Assembly (NCBI GenBank): GCA_045536955.1
Contig: JAZSOM010000037.1
Span: 16,973 to 80,972, forward strand
Direction: 5' to 3'
Origin: Acutalibacteraceae bacterium
Lineage (GTDB): Bacteria; Bacillota; Clostridia; Oscillospirales; Acutalibacteraceae
DNA: 64,000 nt
Within the stretch, counting starts at the first letter, position 1; every line of letters starts with the position of its first letter. Positions 38,329 through 47,866 of the stretch are shown piece by piece. The notes below the pieces were generated by a model that did not search any database, was not told the DNA's origin, and saw only the letters and a program-made list of their open reading frames with translations. The position numbers and the translations under genes were made by a program.

Positions 38329-40064
38329 TCCAACTCCTCCTTTGCAAGCTGTGATTCGGCAATTTCGCGGTACTCTTCACAGTTTTTAAGAAGTTCTTTG
38401 TGTGTGCCCTTACCGACTATTCTGCCTTCGTCAAGCACTATTATCTGCTCAGCATTCATTATTGTGCTGACTCGCTGTGCAACTATCAGCACGGTTGCAT
38501 CCGAGGTGTAATCTTTGAGGGCTTTTCTCAGTGCCGCATCTGTCTTCAGGTCGAGTGCAGAGAAACTGTCGTCAAAAATGTATACGGGTGCTTGTTTGAC
38601 AAGTGCTCTTGCAATAGCAAGTCGCTGTCTCTGACCGCCGCTGACGTTTGTACCGCCTTGCGATATGTCGGAGTCAAGACCTTCGGGCATATCGTAAACA
38701 AATTTTGCCTGTGCGGTTTCAAGCGCACTCTTTATAAGCTCGTCGTCTGCATCGGGGTTTGAAATGAGCATATTGCTCTTTACCGAGCCTGAGAAAAGTA
38801 AACCCTTCTGCGGCACGTAACCGATGTTTTCGCGAAGCGAGTGCATTGAAAGCTCGCGTAAATCAATGCCGTCATAGGTAATAGAGCCTTCTGTTACGTC
38901 GTAAAAACGGGGAATGAGGTTAATCAGTGTGGATTTACCCGAGCCCGTTGAGCCTATAAATGCCGTTGTCTGACCGGGCAGAGCAGTGAATGAGATATTG
39001 CTTATTACGCAGTCATCTGCATTGTTATATCTGAAAGAAACGTCACTGAATTCAATAACGCCTTTTGCTTCGGTTAACGTTTGAGGGTTGTGAGCATCTT
39101 TTATGGACGGGTTAGCCTTCAGCACCTCAGCAAGACGGTTGATTGAGACCATAGCTCTTGGGATGCTTACAAAAATAAGGGCAATAAAGAGGAAAGACAT
39201 AATAACGTGCATTGCGTACTGAATGTATGCCATCATATCACCGATTTCAAGTGAACCGTCTTTGATAGCACTTGCACCGAACCATACGATAGCGATAGTT
39301 GAAAAGTTCATAATTACCGTCATTGCAGGCATTACGATTGCAATTGTTCTCTGCACAAAACGGTTAGTCATTCGCAGGTCTTTGTTCGATTTCTCAAATC
39401 TTTCTTCCTCGTGCTTTTCGTTCCCGAATGCACGTATTACCATGAGACCGGAAAGGTTTTCACGGCTGACAAGATTGAGCTTATCAATAAGTTTCTGCAA
39501 AGCCTTGATTTTGGGCATCGCCGCAGCAAGACCGATACCGATAATGCTAAGCAAAAGCGCTACGGCAACAAGCAGAATCCAACTCATGCCTTTGCTTTTG
39601 CTCAGGGCAAGTATGATACTGCCGACAGCCATTGTCGGAGCAAAAAACACAAGTCTTATGCCACCGCTGAGTATTCCCTGTACCTGCTGTATGTCGTTCG
39701 TTGTTCTTGTAATGAGCGATGCTGTGGAGAATTCGTCCATCTCATTGTTTGAGAATTTCAGTACGCGCTCAAATACGTCGTGTCTCATTTTGCGTGATAT
39801 TATGGACGATGTTTTCGTTGAGAAATAGCTTACGCTGACTGCTGCTGCAACGCATACAAGTGCCATTGCAAGCATTTTTGCACCTTCCGTGAGAATAAAG
39901 GCCATCTGTTCTTCGTTTCCGTTGAGCGCAACAATGCCATCGTCAACAAGGGTTGCCATCATTGAAGGCAGAAGCAGCTCTGTAAATGCCTGAATTATAA
40001 GAAAAAACAGGCTCAGTGCCGCGTAGCCCGCGGCATATTTCAGATAACTGAGTACCTTTGCCAT
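38325..40064 (-). CDS. ABC exporter, fused permease/ATPase (heterodimer subunit A)
   Basis: Walker A GSTGSGKST, signature VSGGQRQR, Walker B IFDDSFS. The ATG at 40064 is preferred (6 nt from GGAGG). ATGA overlap with the downstream gene. Confidence 0.9.
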   Translation of the reverse strand: MAKVLSYLKYAAGYAALSLFFLIIQAFTELLLPSMMATLVDDGIVALNGNEEQMAFILTEGAKMLAMALVCVAAAVSVSYFSTKTSSIISRKMRHDVFERVLKFSNNEMDEFSTASLITRTTNDIQQVQGILSGGIRLVFFAPTMAVGSIILALSKSKGMSWILLVAVALLLSIIGIGLAAAMPKIKALQKLIDKLNLVSRENLSGLMVIRAFGNEKHEEERFEKSNKDLRMTNRFVQRTIAIVMPAMTVIMNFSTIAIVWFGASAIKDGSLEIGDMMAYIQYAMHVIMSFLFIALIFVSIPRAMVSINRLAEVLKANPSIKDAHNPQTLTEAKGVIEFSDVSFRYNNADDCVISNISFTALPGQTTAFIGSTGSGKSTLINLIPRFYDVTEGSITYDGIDLRELSMHSLRENIGYVPQKGLLFSGSVKSNMLISNPDADDELIKSALETAQAKFVYDMPEGLDSDISQGGTNVSGGQRQRLAIARALVKQAPVYIFDDSFSALDLKTDAALRKALKDYTSDATVLIVAQRVSTIMNAEQIIVLDEGRIVGKGTHKELLKNCEEYREIAESQLAKEELE

Positions 40065-40276
40065 TTGCATCCTCCTTTTGGTATTATTTTACATTATCTT
40101 TTTTATTTTACATAATACTATCCTTGAACACAATGCATAATTGTAAACTTTTTGTTAAAATACGTGTTGGTTTTCTTTGCTTCAATGAGCTAAAACGTTA
40201 AAGTACACACAAAATAAGCACAATATGCAATAAATTTCTACTATGTGACGAAATATGCCGTAATTGTAATTTTTGT

Positions 40277-40305
40277 TTGCATATCGTGTTATAGTGTGCT
40301 ATATT
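40277..40305 (+). promoter_or_regulatory. sigma-A type promoter upstream of metF
   Basis: TTGCAT (40277-40282), 17-nt spacer, TGc-TATATT (40297-40305). It leaves only a ~20-nt 5'UTR. Confidence 0.45.
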
Positions 40306-40332
40306 ATAATATATTATTTTAAAACTGGGTAG

Positions 40333-41199
40333 GTGTTTGTTTTGAAGGTTATCGATATTCTCAACAACGGCAAAGTAAACGTCTCCTGCGAGCTGTTTCC
40401 ACCCAAAGTCTGGTCGCAGGTTTCAGGCGCAAAGCAGATTGTTCGAGATATTGCAAAACTTTCACCATCGTTTATGAGTGTCACTTACGGTGCGGGCGGC
40501 GGCACGAGCGAGCATACCGTTGACCTGAGCCGCGAGGTTCAGGATTGCGGCGTTACTGCACTTGCTCATCTTACCTGCCTTTCAACAACCGAAGAAAAGC
40601 TTGTTTCTGTTATCGAACAGCTAAAGGCAGACAAAATTGAAAATATCTTGGCTCTCAGAGGAGATAAAGGTGAGCTTTCCGTGCCCGGTACATTTACTCA
40701 CGCAAGCGAGCTGATAAGGCTCATCAGAGAGCACGGTGATTTCTGTATCGGCGGAGCGTGCTATCCCGAATGCCACCCTGAATCCTCAAGTGTTTCGGCA
40801 GATCTTGACGGGCTCAAGATTAAAGCGGACAGCGGTTGCCAGTTTTTTACCACCCAGATGTTTTTTGACAACAATGTCTTTTATAAGTTTATGTACCGTC
40901 TTCTTGCGGCGGGCATCAATGTGCCGATTGTTGCCGGTATAATGCCGGTTACAAACAGCGCACAGCTTGACAGAATCGTTTCGCTCTCCGGTTCGGGCAT
41001 ACCTCTGCGTTTCAAAGCAATTGCTGATAAGTTTTCATCTGATCCGGCGGCTATGAAACAGGCAGGCATTGCTTATGCAACTGACCAGATTATTGACCTT
41101 GTTGCAAGTGGCGTTAACAATATACATATTTACACTATGAATAAACCCGATATTGCTCAAAGTATTATGTCTAACCTTTCGGATATTATCGGAAAGTGA
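40333..41199 (+). CDS. metF: methylenetetrahydrofolate reductase
   Basis: MTHFR pattern (VSCELFPPK, SVTYGAGG, ALRGD, FFTTQMFFD). GTG or TTG start. Confidence 0.9.
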   Translation: MFVLKVIDILNNGKVNVSCELFPPKVWSQVSGAKQIVRDIAKLSPSFMSVTYGAGGGTSEHTVDLSREVQDCGVTALAHLTCLSTTEEKLVSVIEQLKADKIENILALRGDKGELSVPGTFTHASELIRLIREHGDFCIGGACYPECHPESSSVSADLDGLKIKADSGCQFFTTQMFFDNNVFYKFMYRLLAAGINVPIVAGIMPVTNSAQLDRIVSLSGSGIPLRFKAIADKFSSDPAAMKQAGIAYATDQIIDLVASGVNNIHIYTMNKPDIAQSIMSNLSDIIGK

Positions 41200-41209
41200 G
41201 GTGTTGAAC

Positions 41210-43603
41210 TTGAATTTCAGAAAAAAGTTTGGTTCAGAACTTCTGTTTTGCGACGGCGCTATGGGCACAATGCTTCAGTCGCTCGGCTTGCCTGCCGGCA
41301 AGCGTGCCGATCATTGGAGCATCGAACAGCCGGAAAAAGTTAAAAGCGTTCATCTGCGCTATCTCGAAAGCGGCTGTAACATAATCACTGCGAACACCTT
41401 TTCAGCACCCGCCGGCGGCACATATTCTCCCGAAGAGATAGCCGTTGCAGGTGTCACAGTTGCAAGGGAGGCTGTTGAACAAAGCGGTAAAGCTGCCTTT
41501 GTTGCCCTTGATATGACTTCTCACGGTGAGCTCCTTGAGCCGTTCGGCACTCTCAGCTTCGAAACGGCATACGAGGGTTTTGCACGTACCGTTGTTGCGG
41601 GTGAGAAGGCAGGTGCCGACCTTATACTCATTGAAACAATGACGGATACGTCCGAAATTAAAGCTGCCGTACTTGCTTCTAAAGAAAATTCTTCTCTTCC
41701 GGTTGTTGTTACATTTACCGTTGACGAAGACGGAAGACTGATGAACGGCGCTGATATTATCACTGCTGCAGCTCTCATCGAAAGCCTCGGTGCTGACGGT
41801 GTCGGTCTTAACTGCGGCTTTGGCCCTGATAAAATGCTTGAGTTTGCACCTGCACTGCTCAGTTTTACCAATCTTCCCGTTCTTATAAATTCAAACGCAG
41901 GAATGCCGGTTGTTACTGATGGCAAAACAACATACGACATCGATGCGGAACACTTTGCACGCAGTGCGGAAAGTCTTGTGCGTCTCGGTTGCGCCGCTGT
42001 CGGCGGTTGCTGCGGCACAACGCCTGAACATATTTCTGCTGTTGTAGAGCGTTGCGGTGAGCTCGGGATTTTTCATCCTGAAAAATCGAAACGTAAAAGT
42101 TTTGTTTCTTCTCGTTGCCGCACGGTTTTCTTCGGCGAAAAAACCGTGTTGATAGGCGAACGTATAAATCCTACCGGAAAACCGAAACTTAAGGCGGCTC
42201 TTCGTGATAATAATTTTGATTATCTTTGCGATGAAGCTGTTGCTCAGCAAGATGCCGGTGCCGACGTGCTTGACGTAAATGTCGGTATTTCCGAAATTGA
42301 CGAGGTTGCCGTGCTTCATGAGGCTGTCAGCCGTGTTCAGCAGGTATCCGTCCTGCCTTTGCAGATTGACACTTCAAATGTTGCAGCTCTCGAAAAAGCG
42401 CTTCGTGTATACATCGGTAAGCCGCTTATCAATTCTGTCAACGGTTCGGAAGAATCGATGAGCACGGTGCTTCCGCTTGCTGCAAAATACGGCGCTATGG
42501 TAGTTGGTCTCACGCTTGATGAAAACGGTATCCCCGAAACAGCGCAAGAGCGTATAGTAATTGCCCAAAGGATAATCGACCGTGCTGCTCAGTATGGCAT
42601 AGATAAATCAGACATAATCATCGACCCGTTGACAATGACGATAAGCACCGCGGAAAGAGGTGCTCTTCCCACACTTGATGCTATTAAAATTCTCAGGGAC
42701 GAGCTCGGCGTTCACAGTGTGCTCGGTGTTTCAAATATCTCTTTTGGTTTGCCAAACAGAGAGAAAATTAATTCGTCCTTTTTCTCACTTGCTATGCAGA
42801 ATGGTCTGAGTGCGGGTATTGTTAATCCGCTTAATGCCGCTATGATGGATGCTTACTACTCCTTCAATGCTCTGTATGCGCGAGATGCAGGTTGCCTTGA
42901 ATATATCGCAAACAATGCTGTTATCGGGCATAGTGAGCAAAAGACGGTTGTCAGAAACAGACCTGCCGTTGAGGCCGAAGACCTTAAGTCTGCCGTGGTA
43001 AGCGGTCTTGCGGAGAAATCCGCTCAGCTTACTCAGGCTCTTCTCAGTGAAAAAACAGCGCTTGAGATAATCGACGGTATGCTCATTCCCGCTCTTGATG
43101 AGACGGGCAGGCTGTTCGAAGAAAAAAAGCTTTTTCTGCCGCAGCTTCTGCTTTCAGCGAAGGCGGCAACCGCAGCTTTTGACATTATCAAGTCCAAGCT
43201 TGCACAAAGCGGCGAAAGCGGTGCATCAAAGGGTAGAATCATACTTGCTACCGTTAAAGGCGATGTTCATGACATTGGTAAAAACATTGTTAAGGTGCTA
43301 CTCGAAAACTACGGTTATGACGTTATTGACCTTGGTAAGGACGTGTCTGCTGAGGTTATAACAGCCTGTGCAAAGAAAAATGCGGTAAAGCTCATAGGGC
43401 TGAGTGCTCTTATGACTACAACAGTGCCGAATATGGCACAAACAATAGAAATGCTTCGCAAAGAATACGATTGCCGAATTATGGTAGGCGGTGCAGTGCT
43501 TACAAAAGAGTTTGCCGAAGAAATCGGAGCGGATTTTTACTGCAAGGATGCTATGGCGTCTGTCAGATGTGCGGAGAGAATTTTTGGGGAGGTTAATTGC
43601 TGA
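41210..43603 (+). CDS. metH: cobalamin-dependent methionine synthase lacking the C-terminal reactivation domain
   Basis: Hcy S-methyltransferase domain (CDGAMGT, GGCCGT), pterin-binding domain, B12 cap and DVHDIGKN B12-binding motif. The ORF ends just after the B12 domain. The start is probably TTG 41210 (GTG 41201 is the alternative), after GTGAGG. Confidence 0.9.
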   Translation: MNFRKKFGSELLFCDGAMGTMLQSLGLPAGKRADHWSIEQPEKVKSVHLRYLESGCNIITANTFSAPAGGTYSPEEIAVAGVTVAREAVEQSGKAAFVALDMTSHGELLEPFGTLSFETAYEGFARTVVAGEKAGADLILIETMTDTSEIKAAVLASKENSSLPVVVTFTVDEDGRLMNGADIITAAALIESLGADGVGLNCGFGPDKMLEFAPALLSFTNLPVLINSNAGMPVVTDGKTTYDIDAEHFARSAESLVRLGCAAVGGCCGTTPEHISAVVERCGELGIFHPEKSKRKSFVSSRCRTVFFGEKTVLIGERINPTGKPKLKAALRDNNFDYLCDEAVAQQDAGADVLDVNVGISEIDEVAVLHEAVSRVQQVSVLPLQIDTSNVAALEKALRVYIGKPLINSVNGSEESMSTVLPLAAKYGAMVVGLTLDENGIPETAQERIVIAQRIIDRAAQYGIDKSDIIIDPLTMTISTAERGALPTLDAIKILRDELGVHSVLGVSNISFGLPNREKINSSFFSLAMQNGLSAGIVNPLNAAMMDAYYSFNALYARDAGCLEYIANNAVIGHSEQKTVVRNRPAVEAEDLKSAVVSGLAEKSAQLTQALLSEKTALEIIDGMLIPALDETGRLFEEKKLFLPQLLLSAKAATAAFDIIKSKLAQSGESGASKGRIILATVKGDVHDIGKNIVKVLLENYGYDVIDLGKDVSAEVITACAKKNAVKLIGLSALMTTTVPNMAQTIEMLRKEYDCRIMVGGAVLTKEFAEEIGADFYCKDAMASVRCAERIFGEVNC

Positions 43604-44838
43604 TGAGTATTTTCGGTGAAATTAAAACAAAAGGGTCCGATTATTCAATTAAGCAGGTGGATTTATCCGTTGCACCTGACGGAACACCCGATGAGCTCAA
43701 ATATCTCTATGAGCAGAGTGTTGTCGACTACGGTGAAGGTTATCTCGGTCATCCCGATTCCGTGCTTCTCAAAAATGGAGATATTCTCACTTTCTTCCCG
43801 AAGGGTCACGGTAAAGGTGCCGCGCTTTCAAGGCGAAGCAAGGATGGCGGCGTCACATACACAGACGGCGTAAAAAATCCTCCCAAATCGTGGGAAGGCT
43901 CGCGCGAAACCCCCACAATCTATCGCCTTGAATTTAATGATCCTGAAACCCCCGATAAGCTTTTGCTTGTCTGCGGTAATCCGAAATGGGGGATGGAGCC
44001 TACAACAGGCGGATTCAATTGCTCGCTTTCTGATGATGAAGGCGAAACGTGGACTGAGTTTGAACTCTTCTACAAGGGTATGAATACCATTGTTGCGATG
44101 GCTTCTCTTACAAGGCTTAAGGAAAACGGTGAGTTTGTCGATAAGTGGATGGCTCTTTTCCACGACAGAAAATTTCATAACTATAAAACCGTTCTTTCAT
44201 TCGATAAGGACGGTAAGATGCAGTGGTCTGAGCCCGAAAAGTATTTTGCAAATTATCGTAAAATCGAAAAGGGCAGCAATATGTGTGAGGTTGAATGCGT
44301 GCGCTCAGATGCCGGCAAGGGTGATGAGATCTGCCTTCTCACACGAAGCAATACAAAAAAGATCAACTCGCTCATTACTTTCTCGCGTGACGAGGGAAAA
44401 ACCTGGTCTGAGCCTGTTGAGCTTCCGTCAGCACTCAACGGTGAAAGACACAAGGCCGATTATCTGCCTGACGGCAGACTGATTATTACCTTCCGCTCAA
44501 TCGAGCGTGATCCTGTTAAAAACCGCAAGTTCAAAGAAAAAGGTTACGAGCATCGCAACTGGTACAGCGAAGGTTGGGTGGCTTGGGTCGGTACTTACGA
44601 CGATCTCAAAAACGGCAGAGAGGGTCAGTACCGAATAAAGCTTGCACATACTTACCTGAATTATCAGGATAAGCCGGACATTGTCGCAAACGGTGATTGC
44701 GGATACTGCGGTAACGTTGTGCTTCCCGACGGTACGTTCGTTACCTCAACCTACGGTATATTTACTGCTGACGAAAAGCGTCATACATATATCGTATCAA
44801 AGCGTCTTCGCCTCGATGACGTAGAAAAGCTTCTTTAA
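43603..44838 (+). CDS. BNR/Asp-box repeat (sialidase-fold) protein, cytoplasmic
   Basis: Three Asp-box-like motifs (SKDGGVTY, SDDEGETW, SRDEGKTW). No signal peptide. The ATG shares one base with the metH TGA (TGATG), with GGGGAGG 10 nt upstream. Confidence 0.7.
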   Translation: MSIFGEIKTKGSDYSIKQVDLSVAPDGTPDELKYLYEQSVVDYGEGYLGHPDSVLLKNGDILTFFPKGHGKGAALSRRSKDGGVTYTDGVKNPPKSWEGSRETPTIYRLEFNDPETPDKLLLVCGNPKWGMEPTTGGFNCSLSDDEGETWTEFELFYKGMNTIVAMASLTRLKENGEFVDKWMALFHDRKFHNYKTVLSFDKDGKMQWSEPEKYFANYRKIEKGSNMCEVECVRSDAGKGDEICLLTRSNTKKINSLITFSRDEGKTWSEPVELPSALNGERHKADYLPDGRLIITFRSIERDPVKNRKFKEKGYEHRNWYSEGWVAWVGTYDDLKNGREGQYRIKLAHTYLNYQDKPDIVANGDCGYCGNVVLPDGTFVTSTYGIFTADEKRHTYIVSKRLRLDDVEKLL

Positions 44839-44856
44839 TTATCAGGAGAGTTCACA

Positions 44857-45948
44857 ATGGGTACATTCAACTATAATGACACAACGCTTTACAATCTGCG
44901 TATGCTTTATGAGCAGCTTGGTTATAAGCGCTACAAAATGAGTAAATTTGAGGAATATGACCTCTACCTTGAATATAAAAAATTCCTCTCAACCGAAAAT
45001 ATTATAACTTTTACGGATCTTAACGGTAAGCTTTACGCTCTCAAACCGGATATTACGCTTTCAATTGCAAAAAACGCAAAACAGGGTGAAACACAAAAAC
45101 TTTATTACAAAGAGAACGTTTACCGTGCTTCTGCAGAAACAAAGGAATATAAAGAGATAACACAGCTCGGTCTGGAGTATATCGGCGATATTGATGATTA
45201 TACACTAGGCGAAGTGGTGCTTCTTGCTGCACGCAGTCTGCATTCAATCAGCGATAACTATGTGCTTGATATTTCACATATGGGTCTGGTTTCTGCTTTA
45301 CTTGACGAAACTGGTTTATCGGACAGCCGTAAAGAAAAGCTCGTTACTTTCCTCGGCAAGAAGGATGCCCACGAGCTTAGATTCAACTGCGAGAAATACG
45401 GTGTGGATTCTGCAGTAACAGAACGCATTGTTGCACTTTGTGAGATTTACGGTGACTTTGAATCGACCTACCCGAAAATCAAGGAACTTGCAACTTCTGA
45501 TGCAATGTATCGCTCTATACAGGAGCTTGAGTCACTTTACAAATTCCTCAAGGCTTCCGGTGAAGGCACTCACATCAACCTCGACTTCTCAATTGTAAAC
45601 AATATGAGCTATTACAACGGTGTTATTTTCCGCGGCTATATCGAATCAGTGCCTTGCAGTGTTCTCAGCGGCGGCAGATATGATAACCTTCTTTTGAAGC
45701 TTGGTAAAAGCTGCCAGGCGATGGGCTTCGCTGTTTATGTTGATATGCTTGAGCTTTATGCAAAGCATGAGAAGGAATACGATGTTGATGTTATGCTTTG
45801 TTATGATGAAAGCGTAACACCCGTTCAGATTGCTGAAAAAGCATCGGAATATACTTCAAACGGTAAGAGTGTCAAGGTTATGCCTTACGTTCCCGAAGGG
45901 CTTAAGTATAAACAGCTTGTCAAATTTTCAAAGGAGGGGGAAGCGTAA
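44857..45948 (+). CDS. hisZ: ATP phosphoribosyltransferase regulatory subunit
   Basis: HisRS-paralog pattern, 363 aa, immediately upstream of a short-form hisG. Confidence 0.9.
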   Translation: MGTFNYNDTTLYNLRMLYEQLGYKRYKMSKFEEYDLYLEYKKFLSTENIITFTDLNGKLYALKPDITLSIAKNAKQGETQKLYYKENVYRASAETKEYKEITQLGLEYIGDIDDYTLGEVVLLAARSLHSISDNYVLDISHMGLVSALLDETGLSDSRKEKLVTFLGKKDAHELRFNCEKYGVDSAVTERIVALCEIYGDFESTYPKIKELATSDAMYRSIQELESLYKFLKASGEGTHINLDFSIVNNMSYYNGVIFRGYIESVPCSVLSGGRYDNLLLKLGKSCQAMGFAVYVDMLELYAKHEKEYDVDVMLCYDESVTPVQIAEKASEYTSNGKSVKVMPYVPEGLKYKQLVKFSKEGEA

Positions 45949-45951
45949 ACA

Positions 45952-46584
45952 ATGGAATACCTTAATATTGCACTGCCCAAGGGCAGACTCGGCGAAAAAG
46001 TGTATGAAATGTTTGAAAAAATCGGTTACGGCTGCCCCGCAATCCGTGAAAAAAACAGAAGCCTCATATTTGAAAATGAGGAAAACAAGGTCAGATACTT
46101 CTGGTCAAAGCCCTCCGACGTTGCAATTTATGTTGAGAGAGGTGCGGCAGACATAGGTGTTGTCGGCAAGGATATTCTGCTTGAGTACGAACCGGATATA
46201 TACGAGCTTCTCGATATGGATACAGGTAAGTGCCGTATGTGTGTTGCCGCAAAGAATACTTTCCGTGACAATCCCGAGAAAACGTTGCGTGTTGCAACAA
46301 AGTTTGTAAATATTGCACGTGCTCACTACGATAAAAAGGGCCGAGATATTGAAATCTGTAAACTCAACGGCTCAATTGAAATTGCTCCTATCCTCGGTAT
46401 GACCGACGTTATCGTTGATATTGTCGAAACCGGCACAACGCTCAAAGAAAATAACCTTGAAGTCATTGAGACGATAGTTCCTATCAGCGCAAGGCTTGTA
46501 GCAAACAAAGCAAGCACAAAATTCAAGAATGAGCAGATTGCGGACATACGCAGAAAGCTCGCAGAGGTAATAGAAAATGATTAA
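45952..46584 (+). CDS. hisG: ATP phosphoribosyltransferase (short form)
   Basis: 210 aa. LNIALPKGRL N-terminus and the HisG pattern. Confidence 0.95.
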   Translation: MEYLNIALPKGRLGEKVYEMFEKIGYGCPAIREKNRSLIFENEENKVRYFWSKPSDVAIYVERGAADIGVVGKDILLEYEPDIYELLDMDTGKCRMCVAAKNTFRDNPEKTLRVATKFVNIARAHYDKKGRDIEICKLNGSIEIAPILGMTDVIVDIVETGTTLKENNLEVIETIVPISARLVANKASTKFKNEQIADIRRKLAEVIEND

Positions 46585-47848
46585 GATTTATGAAGGCGGT
46601 CTCAGAACCGAAGATATTTTTGATCGCAGTGAAGAAAAAAATACGGTAGGTGACATTGTTGCGGATATTATCGCAAATGTCCGTCTTAACGGTGATGCAG
46701 CACTCAAGGAATATTCGGCAAAATTTGACGGTGCAGACCTTGAAAACCTTGAGGTTACCGCACAGGAGATTGAAGATGCCTTTGCAGCTCTTGAGCCCGA
46801 ATTTGTCGACGTCATAAAAGAAGCTGCAGAAAATATCCGTGAATTCCACCGTCATCAGATAAAGACCGGATTTGTAATCACACCACGTGACGGTGTTGTG
46901 CTCGGTCAGCGCGTTATTCCGCTTGAGCGTGTCGGTCTGTATGTGCCCGGCGGCACGGCAAGCTACCCTTCATCGGTTCTTATGAACTGTATTCCTGCAA
47001 AGCTTGCAGGCTGTGATGAGATTGTTATGGTAACTCCTCCCTCAAAAGACGGAAGTATTAAACCGGCAATTCTCGTTGCTGCAAAGATAGCGGGTGTTGA
47101 CCGCATCTTCAAGGTTGGCGGTGCACAGGCCGTAGCAGCATTGGCTTATTCAACCGAAACAATTCCCAAGGTTGACAAGATTGTCGGTCCCGGTAATGTC
47201 TTTGTTGCCGAGGCAAAACGTCAGGTTTTCGGTACTGTTGCGATTGATATGATTGCCGGCCCGAGTGAAATTCTTGTTATTGCGGACGGTACCTGCAACC
47301 CGAAATACGTTGCAGCTGATATGCTTTCTCAGGCTGAGCACGATAAGAACGCAAGTGCTGTGCTTGTAACGGACAGCCTTGAGCTTGCGAAAGCCGTAAG
47401 CGCTGAGCTTGAGGTTCAGATTCCTCAGCTCTCACGTGCTGAAATTGCCCGCGTATCTGTTGATAACAATGGTAAGATTATTGTTGTGGACAACCTTAAC
47501 AAGGCTGTTGAGATGTCAAATGCAATCGCACCTGAACATCTTGAAGTCTGTGTTGACAGACCGTTTGATCTTTTGCCGCAGATTCGTAATGCCGGTTCTG
47601 TTTTCCTGGGAAAAAACTGTCCCGAAGCATTGGGAGACTATTTTGCAGGTCCCAACCATACGCTTCCCACAAGCGGAACGGCTCGTTTCTCAAGTCCTCT
47701 CTCTGTTGATGATTTTATCAAGAGATCATCGTTTATCTCTTACTCACAGTCAGCTCTTGAGGGTGTCTATGAAAAAATAGATGCCTTTGCACAGAAGGAA
47801 GGACTTCAGGCACACGGCAAATCGGTTACTGTCAGATTTGAAGATTAA
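46577..47848 (+). CDS. hisD: histidinol dehydrogenase
   Basis: 423 aa. The HisD pattern (GPGNVFV, SQAEHD, APEHLE). Confidence 0.95.
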   Translation: MIKIYEGGLRTEDIFDRSEEKNTVGDIVADIIANVRLNGDAALKEYSAKFDGADLENLEVTAQEIEDAFAALEPEFVDVIKEAAENIREFHRHQIKTGFVITPRDGVVLGQRVIPLERVGLYVPGGTASYPSSVLMNCIPAKLAGCDEIVMVTPPSKDGSIKPAILVAAKIAGVDRIFKVGGAQAVAALAYSTETIPKVDKIVGPGNVFVAEAKRQVFGTVAIDMIAGPSEILVIADGTCNPKYVAADMLSQAEHDKNASAVLVTDSLELAKAVSAELEVQIPQLSRAEIARVSVDNNGKIIVVDNLNKAVEMSNAIAPEHLEVCVDRPFDLLPQIRNAGSVFLGKNCPEALGDYFAGPNHTLPTSGTARFSSPLSVDDFIKRSSFISYSQSALEGVYEKIDAFAQKEGLQAHGKSVTVRFED

Positions 47849-47866
47849 TTTTTCGGAGAACACACT

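Noticed and set aside
40100-40131. A dif-like sequence: the minus strand reads GGATAGTATTATGTAAAAT, matching the XerD arm (TTATGTAAA) of the Firmicute dif consensus.
   Set aside because: Only the right arm matches. The left arm matches at about 5 of 11 positions and the spacer is a base short. The arm-like motif is duplicated 19 nt away, which fits a promoter or operator repeat better than a recombination site.
40071-40332. I looked for a SAM riboswitch, Met T-box or THF riboswitch upstream of metF.
   Set aside because: The region is AT-rich. I found no SAM-I core, no GGUGGUACCGCG-like T-box and no stable GC helices. The best promoter leaves only a ~20-nt UTR. A cmsearch would be the decisive check.
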